Part shown: one piece after another, positions 27,335 through 39,304 of the stretch
How positions within the stretch are numbered: position 1 is the first letter of the stretch
Layout of the letters: each line of letters begins with the position of its first letter
Assembly (NCBI GenBank): GCA_951406725.2
Contig: OX597817.1
Span: 10,354,001-10,418,000, forward strand
Direction of reading: 5' to 3'
DNA: 64,000 nt
Source of the DNA: Octopus vulgaris
Taxonomy: Eukaryota
Position numbers and translations under genes: made by a program
The notes under the pieces: generated by a model
Seen by the model: only the letters and a program-made list of their open reading frames with translations
What the model was told of the DNA's origin: nothing
The model's database searches: none

Positions 27335-27680
27335 GCCTAGCTGTTGGGGGTATTTGTCTCCCCTTCGTAAATATATAAGGACACAGGAAATGTGTCGAAG
27401 CTGACAGGAAGCATCGATGCTTCCTAGGGCTAAACAGCGGTGGTGTAATTCCCTCACAGGAATTACAGGAATATATATATATATATATATATAATATTTA
27501 ATGTTTGTTTTTACACTATATATGTGTGAGTGTATATGTATACATGAGCATGTCTAGTAATATTTATTATTATATGTACATATGCATATGCATGAGCATG
27601 TATAGTAATAAATATTATTATATGTACGTTTTGTAACTAATATAAATCATAGGGTGCATGCAGAACAGTAGGAATCCAAC

Positions 27681-28302
27681 CAATAATATACCTTTTCATT
27701 TCTAATATGTTCTGGCAGATTCAAGCATGAATGCCTGATTGCTGCCATTTTTCATCAACAGAGAACAGCTTCTCCTTTTAGAAGATGTGTTTTTATAACA
27801 CACATAATTCACCTGTCTAAGGGGACTTTGAGATACTGCTGTTTCAAACTTATTTTGTCTCATCAGTCAAAGTTACTCCACTGAACTGATGAATCTAGCT
27901 GGAGCTGAGCTCTTGTTTATAGTAATCAGAAAATTATTTGCTTGTGCATTGTGATGTCTGCCAACCTGAAAATAAGAATGAATACATATATTATTGTTTC
28001 GATTCTTGCTATTTGGCAGATATCAGCATGCATCAGCAAATACTATATTTCCTGATTACAATAAGCAAGAGCTCATACTCTTGTTAGATCTATTGGATCA
28101 GCAGGTTGGCTTTGACCAAGGAGGTACACAATAAGGTTGAAACAGCAATGTCTCAAAATCCTCTTTCACTGATGAATCATGTGTGTTATGAACACATATC
28201 ATCCAAAGAGAGGTGTTCTCTGGATGAAAAACGCTAATGATCAGGTATTCAGACTCAATTCTGGTGGCTAAAGTGTATGAAGAATGGACAGATATGTTAT
28301 TG
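27681..28302. mobile_element. ~620-bp imperfect fold-back (inverted Penelope-like LTR pair) with decayed hammerhead motifs
   Basis: Arms align by eye throughout, e.g. TGAGCTCTTGTTTATAGTAATCAG vs CTGATTACAATAAGCAAGAGCTCA; centre ~27990. Confidence 0.8.
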
Positions 28303-28329
28303 TTATTATGCATATTATGTTAATATAAA

Positions 28330-28640
28330 GGAGGCACAATGGCCCGGTGGTTAGAGAAGCGAACTCACGGTCGGAGGATCGTGGTTTCGATTCCCAGACT
28401 GGGCGTTGTGTGTGTTTATTGAGCAAAATCACCTAAAGCTCCACAAGGTTCTGGCAGGGGGTGGTGGCGACCCCTGTTGTAGTATTTAACCACAACTTTT
28501 TCTCACTCTTTCTTCCAGTTTCTTGAGTAATGCGACGATGGACTGGCATCCCGTCCAGCTGGGGGGAACACATATGCCACAGAAACCGGGAAACCGGGCC
28601 CATGAGCCTGGCTAGGCTTGAAAAGGGCGCATAAATAAAT
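28330..28640 (+). mobile_element. SINE family B subfamily 2
   Basis: Same tRNA head as 26989; 3' end GGCTTGAAAAGGGC...(TAAA)n. Confidence 0.9.
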
Positions 28641-28846
28641 TTTAATAGAAAGAATGTGAGTGATAGAATAAGATGAGTGGCAGAAATAATGTCTAAGAGC
28701 ATGTTTTGCTTCCTTTTTATTTCTGTTTGGAATTTAAAACCTGCAATAGACTACTCTACTATTTACCATTCATCCTTCAGAGATTGATAAAATTAGTACC
28801 AATCAACTACTGAGATAAATTTAGCTGACCATACCCTTTTTGAAAT

Positions 28847-28878
<32 letters not shown>

Positions 28879-28959
28879 GCGTGCATGCATTCGTGCATGC
28901 GTGCGTGTGTTCGTGCGTGTGTTTCTACCAAAACTAAAAATATTATCATTCATATGAAG

Positions 28960-29295
28960 ATCATCATCATCGTTTAACGTCCGCTTTCCATGCTAGCATG
29001 GGTTGGATGGTTCAACTGGGGTCTGGGAAGCCAGGCGGCTGCACCAGGCTCCAGTCTGATCTGGTAGTGTTTCTACAGCTGGATGCCCTTCCTAACGCCA
29101 ACCACTCCGTGAGTGTAGTGGGTGCTTTTTATGTGCCACCGGCACAGGGGCCAGGGGAGGCTGGCTAATAGCCACGATCGGTTGGTGCTTTTACGTGTCA
29201 CCGACACGGACGCCAGTCAGGTGGTGCTGTCAACTGCCACGTTCAGACAGTGCTTTTTACGTGTCACCGGCACAGGTATCTTAACTACAATTTCC
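28960..29295 (-). mobile_element. Non-autonomous RTE-related short element, family D, with (GAT)n tail and internal tandem units
   Basis: CATCATCGTTTAACGTCCGCTTTCCATGC tail; GCTGGATGCCCTTCCTAA; repeated GGTGCTTTTACGTG units. Confidence 0.88.
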
Positions 29296-29577
29296 ATTTG
29301 ATTTCTATTTTGATGTTGGTGTTGACGTACTTGACTCAAGAGATGTCTAAAACATATCACTGCATTTGTTGGGTACCAGGCAAAATGAATGTTTTTAGTT
29401 ACAGCCCTAGTACAAATTTTGCCCTAGTCAACTTATTTTGTCCATATCATTCAGAGTTTTACCATATTAATTTGCTCAAGCGCATGGTTGACTTACTCCA
29501 TAGTCCAGTTTAATCATCATAACTTGACCCCTCAGTGACTTCAGTGAAGTCTAGTCCATTGCTTACATGTAGACCAG

Positions 29578-29992
29578 GTTTCTTATCTGAAGAAAGTTTC
29601 TTCCCTTCCTCTTGCCCCTTTTTCAAAGCTCTGAAAACAGCCAAAGAAACTACCTTTTTTTCTGGATAGGTTTTTAAGCCAAGAAGTAATGTTTCTCGCC
29701 ACTTCAATATGGTTGTCCCATAGGAACCAACGTTACTACCATTTTTAACCCCAAAGTGAACCCAAACTGTATGGTCTGGTTGTCCCATCATCTGCTAGAA
29801 GATGGTAGGGGTTCAGTCTCCTGCTTGCAATATATATTGGGTGCAGATTGCATCAATAACCAACAGGAGAAGGCTCCTCCTGAGGTTAAAAACGGTAGTA
29901 GCATCCTATGAAACAGCCATATTGAAGTGGTGATAAGCATTACTTCTTTGTATAGCTATCTTACAGATATTTTCTGACTAGCTTTTTAAGCC
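29578..29992 (+). mobile_element. Penelope-like relic: degenerate hammerhead (29578-29650) followed by a ~70-bp inverted repeat
   Basis: GTTTCTT..CTGAAGA..GAAAACAGCC.AAGAAAC; arms 29681-29753 and 29881-29948. Confidence 0.6.
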
Positions 29993-30950
29993 AACTTTTT
30001 TGTAAATAAAATATATTTTAAAAGTTTATTTTTCATATGTTCTCCTGTAAAAATACTGTTACTTTAGTACAAGCAGACATATTTGAGTGTGTGTGTGTGT
30101 GCATGCATGCATGAGCATGCATGTGTGTGCACGTGTGTATGTGAGAATGTTTATCTGGGTAAACAAAATATTAGAAAATATACCTTGGATTCATGTCGGA
30201 GCCTGTTGGTGGATATGAATGGATATAAATAATTCCCATTTGATATGAAATGGAGATAGCATTTGTTGTTAAACATGGTAACATATCATATCTCTATAAA
30301 GTAATACCAGCTGTGTTGTTAGTTAGGACATGACTCAACAGATATGTGTGTGCGTGTGGCAAGCACGTGTGTGTATGTGAGTGCACATGAGTGCATGTGA
30401 ATATGCTTGTGTAAATATGTATGTGAAAATATTTGTGTATATATATATATATTTGTGTGTGTGTGCATGTGTATATAAATGTGTATGTATATATATATTT
30501 ATATATACATAAAAGCATGTTTATATATGTGTGTGTGTAATATTTGGATATATGTAGTTTAAAAATGACTAATGGAAATTACCCATGAATACCTGCTGCA
30601 TGATAAGGATATATTTAAGAGGTGATGGTGGATAGCATATATAATGCGGTAAGCCAAGACATGTTTAATTTAAACTTTATAGTTTATAGGTTACATAGCA
30701 ATGCGAAAAATAAATCATAAATTTTAATGATTAATTCTGCTCATGAAAGATACAGGAGACAACTCTGAAATTCCAATTAATTAAAAATTAGTTGGAAGCA
30801 AGGAGAGGTAAATGCTTCTGTTCTTTTGCTGGTACACGGAGAAAATCATGCATCCTCCAGTCTTATTTGACCTCATCTGAGATAATTGAGTATTGTAAGG
30901 ACTTTAAGATTTCTACAATCTAAATATCATCATTTTACTGTGTTTTATAC

Positions 30951-30991
<41 letters not shown>

Positions 30992-30996
30992 TTTTA

Positions 30997-31222
30997 TTCT
31001 TATTTCTTTATTGCCCACAAGGGGCTAAACATAGAGGAGACAAACAAGGAATTAAATCGATTACATCGACCCCAGTGCGTAACTGGTACTTAATTTATCG
31101 ACCCCGAAAGGATGAAAGGCAAAGTCAACCTTGGCGGAATTTGAACTCAGAACGTAACGGCAGACGAAATGCCATTAAGCATTTCGCCCGGCGTGCTAAC
31201 GATTCTGCCAGCTCGCCACCTT
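30997..31222 (-). mobile_element. SINE family C
   Basis: Reverse-complement match to 18043-18279. Confidence 0.92.
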
Positions 31223-31522
31223 ATTTTATTTTTGTTTTATTCTACTTTCTCTTAACCTTATGCCACCATCCTTTCCTCCATCCTTTTCTTAGTTGGGTTG
31301 ACATTTATTTTGGTGTCTGCTGGTTTATCATCTCAGTTACGTTTAACATACATGGTTATGGATATATATAAGGACACATAAACATTTAAAATATTGTATT
31401 TTTGCCAAATTTCTGAGAAAATGAGCCAGTTGTGAATTGAAATACATATATATTTATGCATAAGAACTCCAATAATACTTTCCACATTTCTTATATATAT
31501 TTCGGTGCAAATGGTTTTTTTT

Positions 31523-31567
<45 letters not shown>

Positions 31568-31572
<5 letters not shown>

Positions 31573-31850
31573 GGTAAGACAATAAATGAATGAAAGAGAC
31601 CTCGATATTATGTAAATAGAGGAATTTATCTGTAAATGTAATATGTGACAATTATTCGGTAGCCTTGATAAAACTCTGAATTTCGAATGTTAGGGTGAAA
31701 ATCCACACCGCCATCTCTTCAGTTCTCCAGCCATAGCATTTTTCCGATGGCTGGATAACTGAAGAGATGGCAGCATGGATTTCCACCCCAACATCCAAAA
31801 GACGGAATTTTATCATGGCTACTGAATAATTGTCACATATTACATTTACA
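31568..31850. mobile_element. ~220-bp fold-back (31631-31850) with one-sided tail, in (TA)n; Penelope-like inverted LTRs with hammerhead-like motifs
   Basis: ~104-bp arms TGTAAATGTAATATGTGACAATTATTC.../...GAATAATTGTCACATATTACATTTACA, 12-nt loop. Confidence 0.85.
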
Positions 31851-32344
31851 TATATATATATATACATACATATATATATATATATATCAAAAGTCATTAA
31901 TTTAACTATAATATCCTTTTATTGTGTCATAAATAACAGAATTTTAAAGAAGCTAAAGATTATTCAAAGGAACTGTGTGGGATTTTTTTTTTTTTTATAT
32001 ATGCATGTAAAAATTAATACCTGAACATAACATATATCAGTTGAAACATAGATTAGAAAAAAAAATATAAAAAAAGAATTGTTTATAGTTACTTAGTATT
32101 TATTGCCCAAATTAAACTTCATCTCTGAAATATTGTCTGGAAAGACTTAATATAGTAAATATTGGAAACCCTCATAATTTAAATTTTTTCTTTGTCATTT
32201 CCTTAATTTTTATTTTTGTACCTCTTTTTTTTTTCAGCAACTTTTGTCAGTCTTTTATTTAATGAATAGTGTTTCCTCACACATACTCCTAGATACATAT
32301 ACAACAGTCTCCCAATCTCTCTCTCCATCTATCATCTTCCCCCA

Positions 32345-32359
32345 ATCTATCTATCTATC

Positions 32360-32422
<63 letters not shown>

Positions 32423-32440
32423 TTATCTATCTATCTACCT
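32345..32440. repeat. (TCTA)n microsatellite
   Basis: Direct inspection. Confidence 0.95.
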
Positions 32441-32692
32441 GTCTATCCATGTATCTAGTTACCTACCTATCTATCTGTCTATGTCATTCTTAGTCAAAAT
32501 TTATTTATCAGCAGATATTCTTTATTTCTCTTCTCATCTCTCTTTATCTAAATAATTTCTCTTCTTCTACCTCTCTCTTTCCCCCTCTCCCTCTCTCTCC
32601 AGAAAATGAAAACAAAATAATATATTTTATTAAACAAATTTATTTTATGCTCTTCCAATGATGTTGACATTTTTTCTCTTTTATTACAACAG

Positions 32693-32719
32693 GCTTAAAT
32701 ACCTATGGATATTTACTAG
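32693..32719 (+). other. Candidate 27-nt microexon: (G)LNTYGYLL (phase 1) or LKYLWIFT (phase 2)
   Basis: Strong acceptor TTTTTTCTCTTTTATTACAACAG, donor AG|GTTAAG. Confidence 0.3.
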
Positions 32720-33319
32720 GTTAAGTATTCACATAATTATGTGTATGTATATATATATATATATACATATTCTTTTAAATTTCTTTACCTCTGGTTTATG
32801 GAATATGAACTGATTTAGGAGTCACTCTTATCTCACTAAAATTTCTTAACTCAAGAAGTAAAAAAAATGTTCTTTTCCATTTTTTCTACTTCATACTAAT
32901 TTCTATTTTAGGTTTGTAGTGGTATCTTCCATGAGGAAATTTCAAATTTACTTATTACTTCTATTCTAAATAATGTGCAGTGGTTAAATTTTTGTATATC
33001 ATTTTTTATTATATCGTTTAATTGAATGGTGATAATATATAACTTACTCTGCTGACTATAGAAATATGAGAGCTTTTATGCTAGATTCCTGATCACATAA
33101 TATTGAGCTCATAATTTATTCCAGTGATGACTTAGTTGTGTGAAGTACTGGATAACTGTGCTTGATTCAGTCTGTATGGCTGACTATAAGCACAGCATCT
33201 ACTTCACGATTAATGGGCTGGCAGAAAAGGAAGTAATCTTGCAAAATTAATTGATTCAGCAATATAAAAATGTTCAAATTTGTTACATCTCTCTTACTCA
33301 TAGCATCATGGGAAGAACT

Positions 33320-33735
33320 TCATCATCATCTTAACATATTTTTTTCCATTCTTGCATGGATTCCAAACAGAATTTGTTGAGACAGATTTTTCTTTGGCTG
33401 GATGCTCATCCTGTTGTCAACCTTCACCTGTTTCCAAGCTAGGTAATATTTCCACATGACATGTTTTCATGGAAGATTGGAAATAAAGGATATTGCTTCT
33501 GTGGTGGTGAAGGTCATTTATTACTGTCATGCAATGCAAAGACCAGGAAACACACACATGTACATACACACACATGTATATATGCACATAGATGTATGTG
33601 TGTGAGAGAGACAGGCTTCTTTCAATATCTCTCTAACAAATCCACTTGCAAGAATTTGATTGGCCCAGGGCTATAGTAAAGGACACTTGCCCAAGATACT
33701 ACACAGTGGGACTAAGCCCAAACTACATAGTTGAG
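33320..33735 (-). mobile_element. Composite SINE family E
   Basis: Family-A head (GACACTTGCCCAAG...CAGTGGGACT) joined through a microsatellite to a family-D-like tail. Confidence 0.75.
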
Positions 33736-35463
33736 AGAGAGGCAAACAGCAGAAAAAACTGAATATGGTATATCAAATATTGTCAGTAAATTTAAATCCC
33801 ACAGATTGCATGTGCAGTGAGCAGCTGCCTGCACTTATTGTCATAATAATGCAATTTTATTTATAGCAAGCTCTTGAAGATAAGATGTATTTAAAAATTT
33901 TTTTTTTATTAGGTCATCTTACAGATAACTATTGACCTCCATGATCATCAATATGACCACCACGCCTCCTCCTCGCTATTATTTTTTTATACCAGCATGA
34001 TTTGCTTAGGTTTGCAGTATAGTAGATTACCATTCTTCATAATCTCGTTTCATCTCACCTGTATGGCTCGGTAGCTTCGGATCTTCTTCTGCCATAAGAA
34101 ATTTCTGCTATTAGCAAACAAAACTTTTTCACCAATGTGGAGATATCCATTTGCACCCATTTTCATGTCTCTATTGCTGCTCTTCTATACACACTAATTA
34201 ACATATCTAACACTACCACACACTCTCATATTAAATGTCCTTGTGTGTCTTCCTCTGTGTGTGTGTGTGTGTGTGTCTGTGTATGTGTGTCTGTGTCTGT
34301 GTAAGTGTGAGTTCCACTTGAAGATTGTGGTGGCATGAAACTTGAGTCATGGGACAGATTCTCAGCTTCAGTTTTGTACAAATTTTTATGCCCATACTGT
34401 AATAGCTGTTTCTGCTAAGCATCTTGACTGTTTCTTCTGTAGTGAATTTCTTATGTGAATATCTCATGTGAATTTACAATCCTCTACTTCTCTTTGCAAT
34501 ATCCGTGTTAGACAAACCTAGCAATATATTTCCTTCAAGCTATGAACAACCAGATAAAGTTAGCTAAATAAACTATTGGCTCGCAACTTCGACATTTATT
34601 TTCCATTCTATGTCATTCTGGTTTAAATCAATGTCTGCTTGAAGCTAAAGAATCAAGAGGCCAATAGGAGAAATGATTTAAACATTCCTTAATAAAATAT
34701 TGCATAAATCGATACAGCTCTTGTAGGTGTATTCCCAATATGTCTAAATCTCTTTAAATTTTTTAGAAAATACAATAGAACAGGAGTAAATGATAAAAGA
34801 AGGAACCAAAGTTTTTTCTTTTCTTTTATATTAGAGAATTACATCCTTCAAACTGAATGAAAATAAAGTTAGTGTGATACTTGTAATGTTGTAATCTTGC
34901 AAGATTCCAGGACTGGCAGTCCTGCAATTCTGCACCAAAGTAGTGCTGTGTGAAACTGTGCTACACAGAAAAAATAGGAAGAATGTGAGCTGTTGTGCAA
35001 CCAGAAGTTTTCATCTAATTTTTAGTCTTGTATGCTTTAATTAAGCACAAATTAATAAGGAAGCTTGTTCATGTTCACTCAAGTTTTCAGAAAGCACAGC
35101 ATGCTATCTTAAAAAAAAAAATGAAAACACACAGGCATTTTGAATAGATATAACATGTTTGAATATATGACATGGTAAGGTTTGATGAGAATGACTTTGA
35201 TCATCATTTACTTACTCAGGGCTGACCTAGAACTAAATAGCAATAACTAGTATTCTGTCAGTAATGACAAGTATCCAGTTGATCCAATCAACAGAACAGC
35301 CTGCTCATGAAATTAACATGCAAGTGGCTGAGCACTCCACAAACATGCATACCCTTAACATAGTTACCAAGGAGGTTCAGCATGACATAGTATAAGATGA
35401 TGATGATAATGATGATGAATTCTATTCAGAAAACTAGGTCAAATATCCATAGTACAGGTATAT

Positions 35464-35700
35464 AGGTGGATAGCTGGCTGAAACGTTAGCACGCCGGGCG
35501 AAATGCTTAGCGGTATTTCGTCTGCCGTTACGTTCCGAGTTCAAATTCCGTCGAGGTTGACTTTTCCTTTCATCCTTTCGCAGTCGATTAAATAAGTACC
35601 AATTACGCACTGGGGTCGATATTATAGACTTAATCTGTTTGTCTGTCCTTGTTTGTCCCCTCTATGTTTAGCCCCTTGTGGGTAGTAAAGAAATAGGTAT
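35464..35700 (+). mobile_element. SINE family C
   Basis: Match to 18043-18279. Confidence 0.92.
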
Positions 35701-36984
35701 ATGATATTTTTCTAAAACACTGTGTAGGGGCAAACCATCCCAAAACAAAACACACAATAGACGTGTTACTCTTTTCTACATAGGGATATCTAAGATATTT
35801 ATTGTGACACAAGATTAACTGATAGATCTTTGGTTTTGGGGATCAATATCACATTCTGTTGAAACCCATTAAGATTTTTATCTATTTCTGCATACACTTA
35901 GAAATATGAGATAATTAACATCATTGTATCAAAGTAAGCATTAAATTTATATTCACTCATTATCAACAGATGCCATTGGATGGTGAAGTTAATACTAAAT
36001 ACCATATATATATATATATATATAGCTATTTAAGTTTCAAGTTCAAATTCAACTAGATTAGCTTTGCTTTTCAATCATAAGTATTAGCACTACACCTGAA
36101 TCAATTCAACCAATTAATTAATTTGTCTTTAATGATTACTTATTAGGCAGTTATTATTAACAGATTTTAAACAAAAGGATTGCACAAAGAGTTTTCTCAC
36201 CCTCAAATAGTACAACTAATTTCTTTTATTTTTCAAAAACTATTAATCTTTATCAATCTCTGTAATTCAACTCTGCACGGCTCTCAGCTCTCAACCCACT
36301 TCAACAATTTCAACTACATCTAACGTTATTGCTACTAACACAACCATCTCTCTGTGTATTCAACATTATTAGCCTGACATAGTTTTTCCCTACTGTTTCT
36401 ACACTTTTAAAACTGCTTCACTGAATATGTACTGGTTTACTGGCTTCTTTTATTCTGGTTATTGCATGAACTTTCTATATACATTTTTACTTGGTGTTCT
36501 TGGATCTTTCTAGATATTTACACTTAATTACTTGAAGTGTTCAAAAATAACCAACAGCTGTTGCTTGGTTTGTTGGGATGTCACTGAATTTTTTATTTTT
36601 CTTCATTATATTATTTTCTTCAAAATAAATCAATGAGATTTAGTTGCCATCTTCATTTCACTACACATATATTTATGTATGTGTGTTTTTGATATACATA
36701 AATGTATAATCAATTATATACGTTATATATTAACACATATGTCAATGTTTTATGATAGTTATGTACTATATTTGTACACACACAAACATACACATGTATA
36801 CATACATGCACACACACACATGCATACACACACACACACTTATATAACTGGCTTTGAGGGAACTGAACAGTTACATTGGGTGTGCAGGTTATAATTATTC
36901 TTTCAATACATACATACACATTTATGAATATACACAAGCATACATATACATAGTTGAAAGGGTCTCTGTCTTGAAAGTTACCTA

Positions 36985-37233
36985 TGGGTGCTGGTGCCAC
37001 ATACATTGCACCACTGCTGGGGTCATATAAAAAGGGCCTGAGCTGGTGCCACATAAAAGCACTGGTGCCATGTAAAAAGCACCTGGTACATTTTGTAAAG
37101 CGGTTGGCAACTTGAAGAGTATCCAGCTGTAGAAACCATGCCAAAGCAAAGGAGCCTGGTGCAGCTCCTGGCCTTACCAGGTCCGGTCAAACCATCTGAC
37201 CTATCCAGCACTGAAAACGGCCTTTAAATGATG
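36985..37233 (+). mobile_element. Family D element (diverged)
   Basis: GGTGCCAYRTAAAAGCAC units, GTATCCAGCTGTAGAAAC, TTTAAATGATGAT tail. Confidence 0.75.
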
Positions 37234-37249
37234 ATATGTGTGTGTATGT

Positions 37250-37294
<45 letters not shown>

Positions 37295-37382
37295 TAATCC
37301 AAACAAGAAAACACAAAAAAACACAGCAACGCGAGGATGTGGAACAAATATAGTATTATTGGATGCTCAGGAAAGAAGGAGG

Positions 37383-37417
37383 GTTTAACGTTTCGAGCAG
37401 AGCTCTTCATTAGAAAC
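37383..37417 (-). ncRNA. Minimal type-I hammerhead ribozyme (G5A, probably inactive) in a Penelope-like LTR relic 37291-37492
   Basis: Minus strand GTTT-CTAATGA-A-GAGC TCT GCTC-GAAAC-GTT-AAAC; palindromic AACGTT stem III; the element abuts (TA)n. Confidence 0.75.
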
Positions 37418-37844
37418 ATAGGAGAAGGAAAAATCCAGAGAAGGGAAGACAGAGGAAAAAAAAATCACCAACGGTACACACGAGGTCACATTTATACACA
37501 CACACATATATACATGTATATAAACACACTCACACACACACACATATATATATACTTATATTGTTGCTATTGTGTTAAATTGTCATATGTCCAAATTTGG
37601 CCAAATGCATATTTTGGCAATAGCCAATTCTTTTGGTCAAACTATCGCATCTCCAGCTGCTTCAGATGCCAAGATATGAAAATTGTCAAAGTGTAGTACA
37701 ACAGTTTAACATTTTGCAAAAGTGTAGTAAGTCCCACATACGACAGTTTGGCAAAAATATTTCTGACTGAAAATATCATACATGCATGGAGTTGTGATTT
37801 TATGTACCCAACAAAGTATTGTTGTCAAGCTGAAACTGTTGCTA

Positions 37845-38029
37845 ATCATCATCATCATCATTTAGCATCCGCTTTCCATGCTAGCATGGGTTGGACGGTT
37901 CAACTGGGGTCTGGGAAGCCAGAAGGCTGCACCAGGCCCAGTCTGATCTGGCAGTGTTTCTACGGCTGGATGCCCTTCCTAATGCCAACCACTCCGTGAG
38001 TGTAGTGGGTGCTTTTTACGTGCCACCCG
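37845..38029 (-). mobile_element. Family D element (5' truncated)
   Basis: Near-identical to the 28960 and 44012 copies. Confidence 0.9.
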
Positions 38030-39081
38030 CTAATGTAAAAAGAAATGGAATGGTGAAACTATTTTTTCGTCATTTTCTGAAAAAACAACATTTTGGACTT
38101 GCGACACTTTTGCATAATAGCAACGATATATTCATGTGTGTGTGTTAAACAGTTAAACTTGTTAATATCAACAACTAAACAGAAGTCTAACTTATTGCTT
38201 AACAATATTAATTAAAACCACAAACAAAACTAAAGTTTCTTTATAGGATTGGTATATTAGAGTAAGCTCTTATTTCATCTTCTACTGTAAGCAAGGGAGA
38301 TTATTTTCCAGTCATTCTAAATGTTTTATTTGTAAATATTGAATATTTAGTGTATTATTTTCTCTTGTAATATATATCAAAATTGAAAATTTCTTATACA
38401 CAAGCATTGAAGATTCTTTATATGATAGCTTCACTTACTACAAAACAACAGTAAATCTACCTTAGATTGCAGCCCAGATGTCTTGCAAACAACTTGTACA
38501 TGCAAGTGCTACCAGTCAAAAGCTCTGTATACCAGAACCCAGCAAGTGTATGGGGTCATCAGGAGAGAATGCGCGCCATTTCGGGGCCTACCTCTCGACG
38601 GCATCAATGTGCACCGCCCCCCCCCCCCCCACTGATATGAGGCCCCGCTTGCTAGATCAGCTGATTATTAAATAAAGCTCAATATCCTTCTAGCCATCGC
38701 ACATCGTCTCTTTTTAACCAAATCCAGTGGCTAGCTTTCTCCATTGTAGATTGGATATCGGTTAATGTGGTATTGACTTTACGATGAGTCACTCCAAATA
38801 AATCTTTTCCTATATCGTATATAGCAGTTTAAAGATTAAACACTAAAAAGGAAACCTGATATAATCTAATCATTATTTAACGTCCACTCTCCATGCTGGC
38901 ATGGGTTAGACAATATGACTGGAGCTGATAAGCTGGAGAGCCGCACCAGGTTTCAGTCTGATTTGGCATGATTTCTACGCTGGATAACCAAATGGAGTGA
39001 TCATTGTTAGAACCCTTTTGGTTGTAACTCTACTCAATCAAGGTTGGACAGTGGCTAAATAATAACAACAACACTTCTGCT

Positions 39082-39304
39082 TTAACCCTTTAGCAAATTA
39101 CTCATTCAAATGTAATGCAGTGTAATTCACGTTGTTTTGAATTAATCACATATTATCTCATGGCTTCAAGATTTTGAAGATGTGATTGTTTATTTTCAGA
39201 ATAACATTGCAGAGTAGGTGTCAGAGATCAGGTCTGGCTGTTTGGATATAAAACAGGTGAAATATTCAGAGCCTGGTGTGGCTGAATTAAATGCTAAAGG
39301 CTGA
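39082..39304. mobile_element. piggyBac-type MITE
   Basis: TTAA-CCCTTTAGCA left end and TGCTAAAGG right end (right TTAA decayed). Confidence 0.7.
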
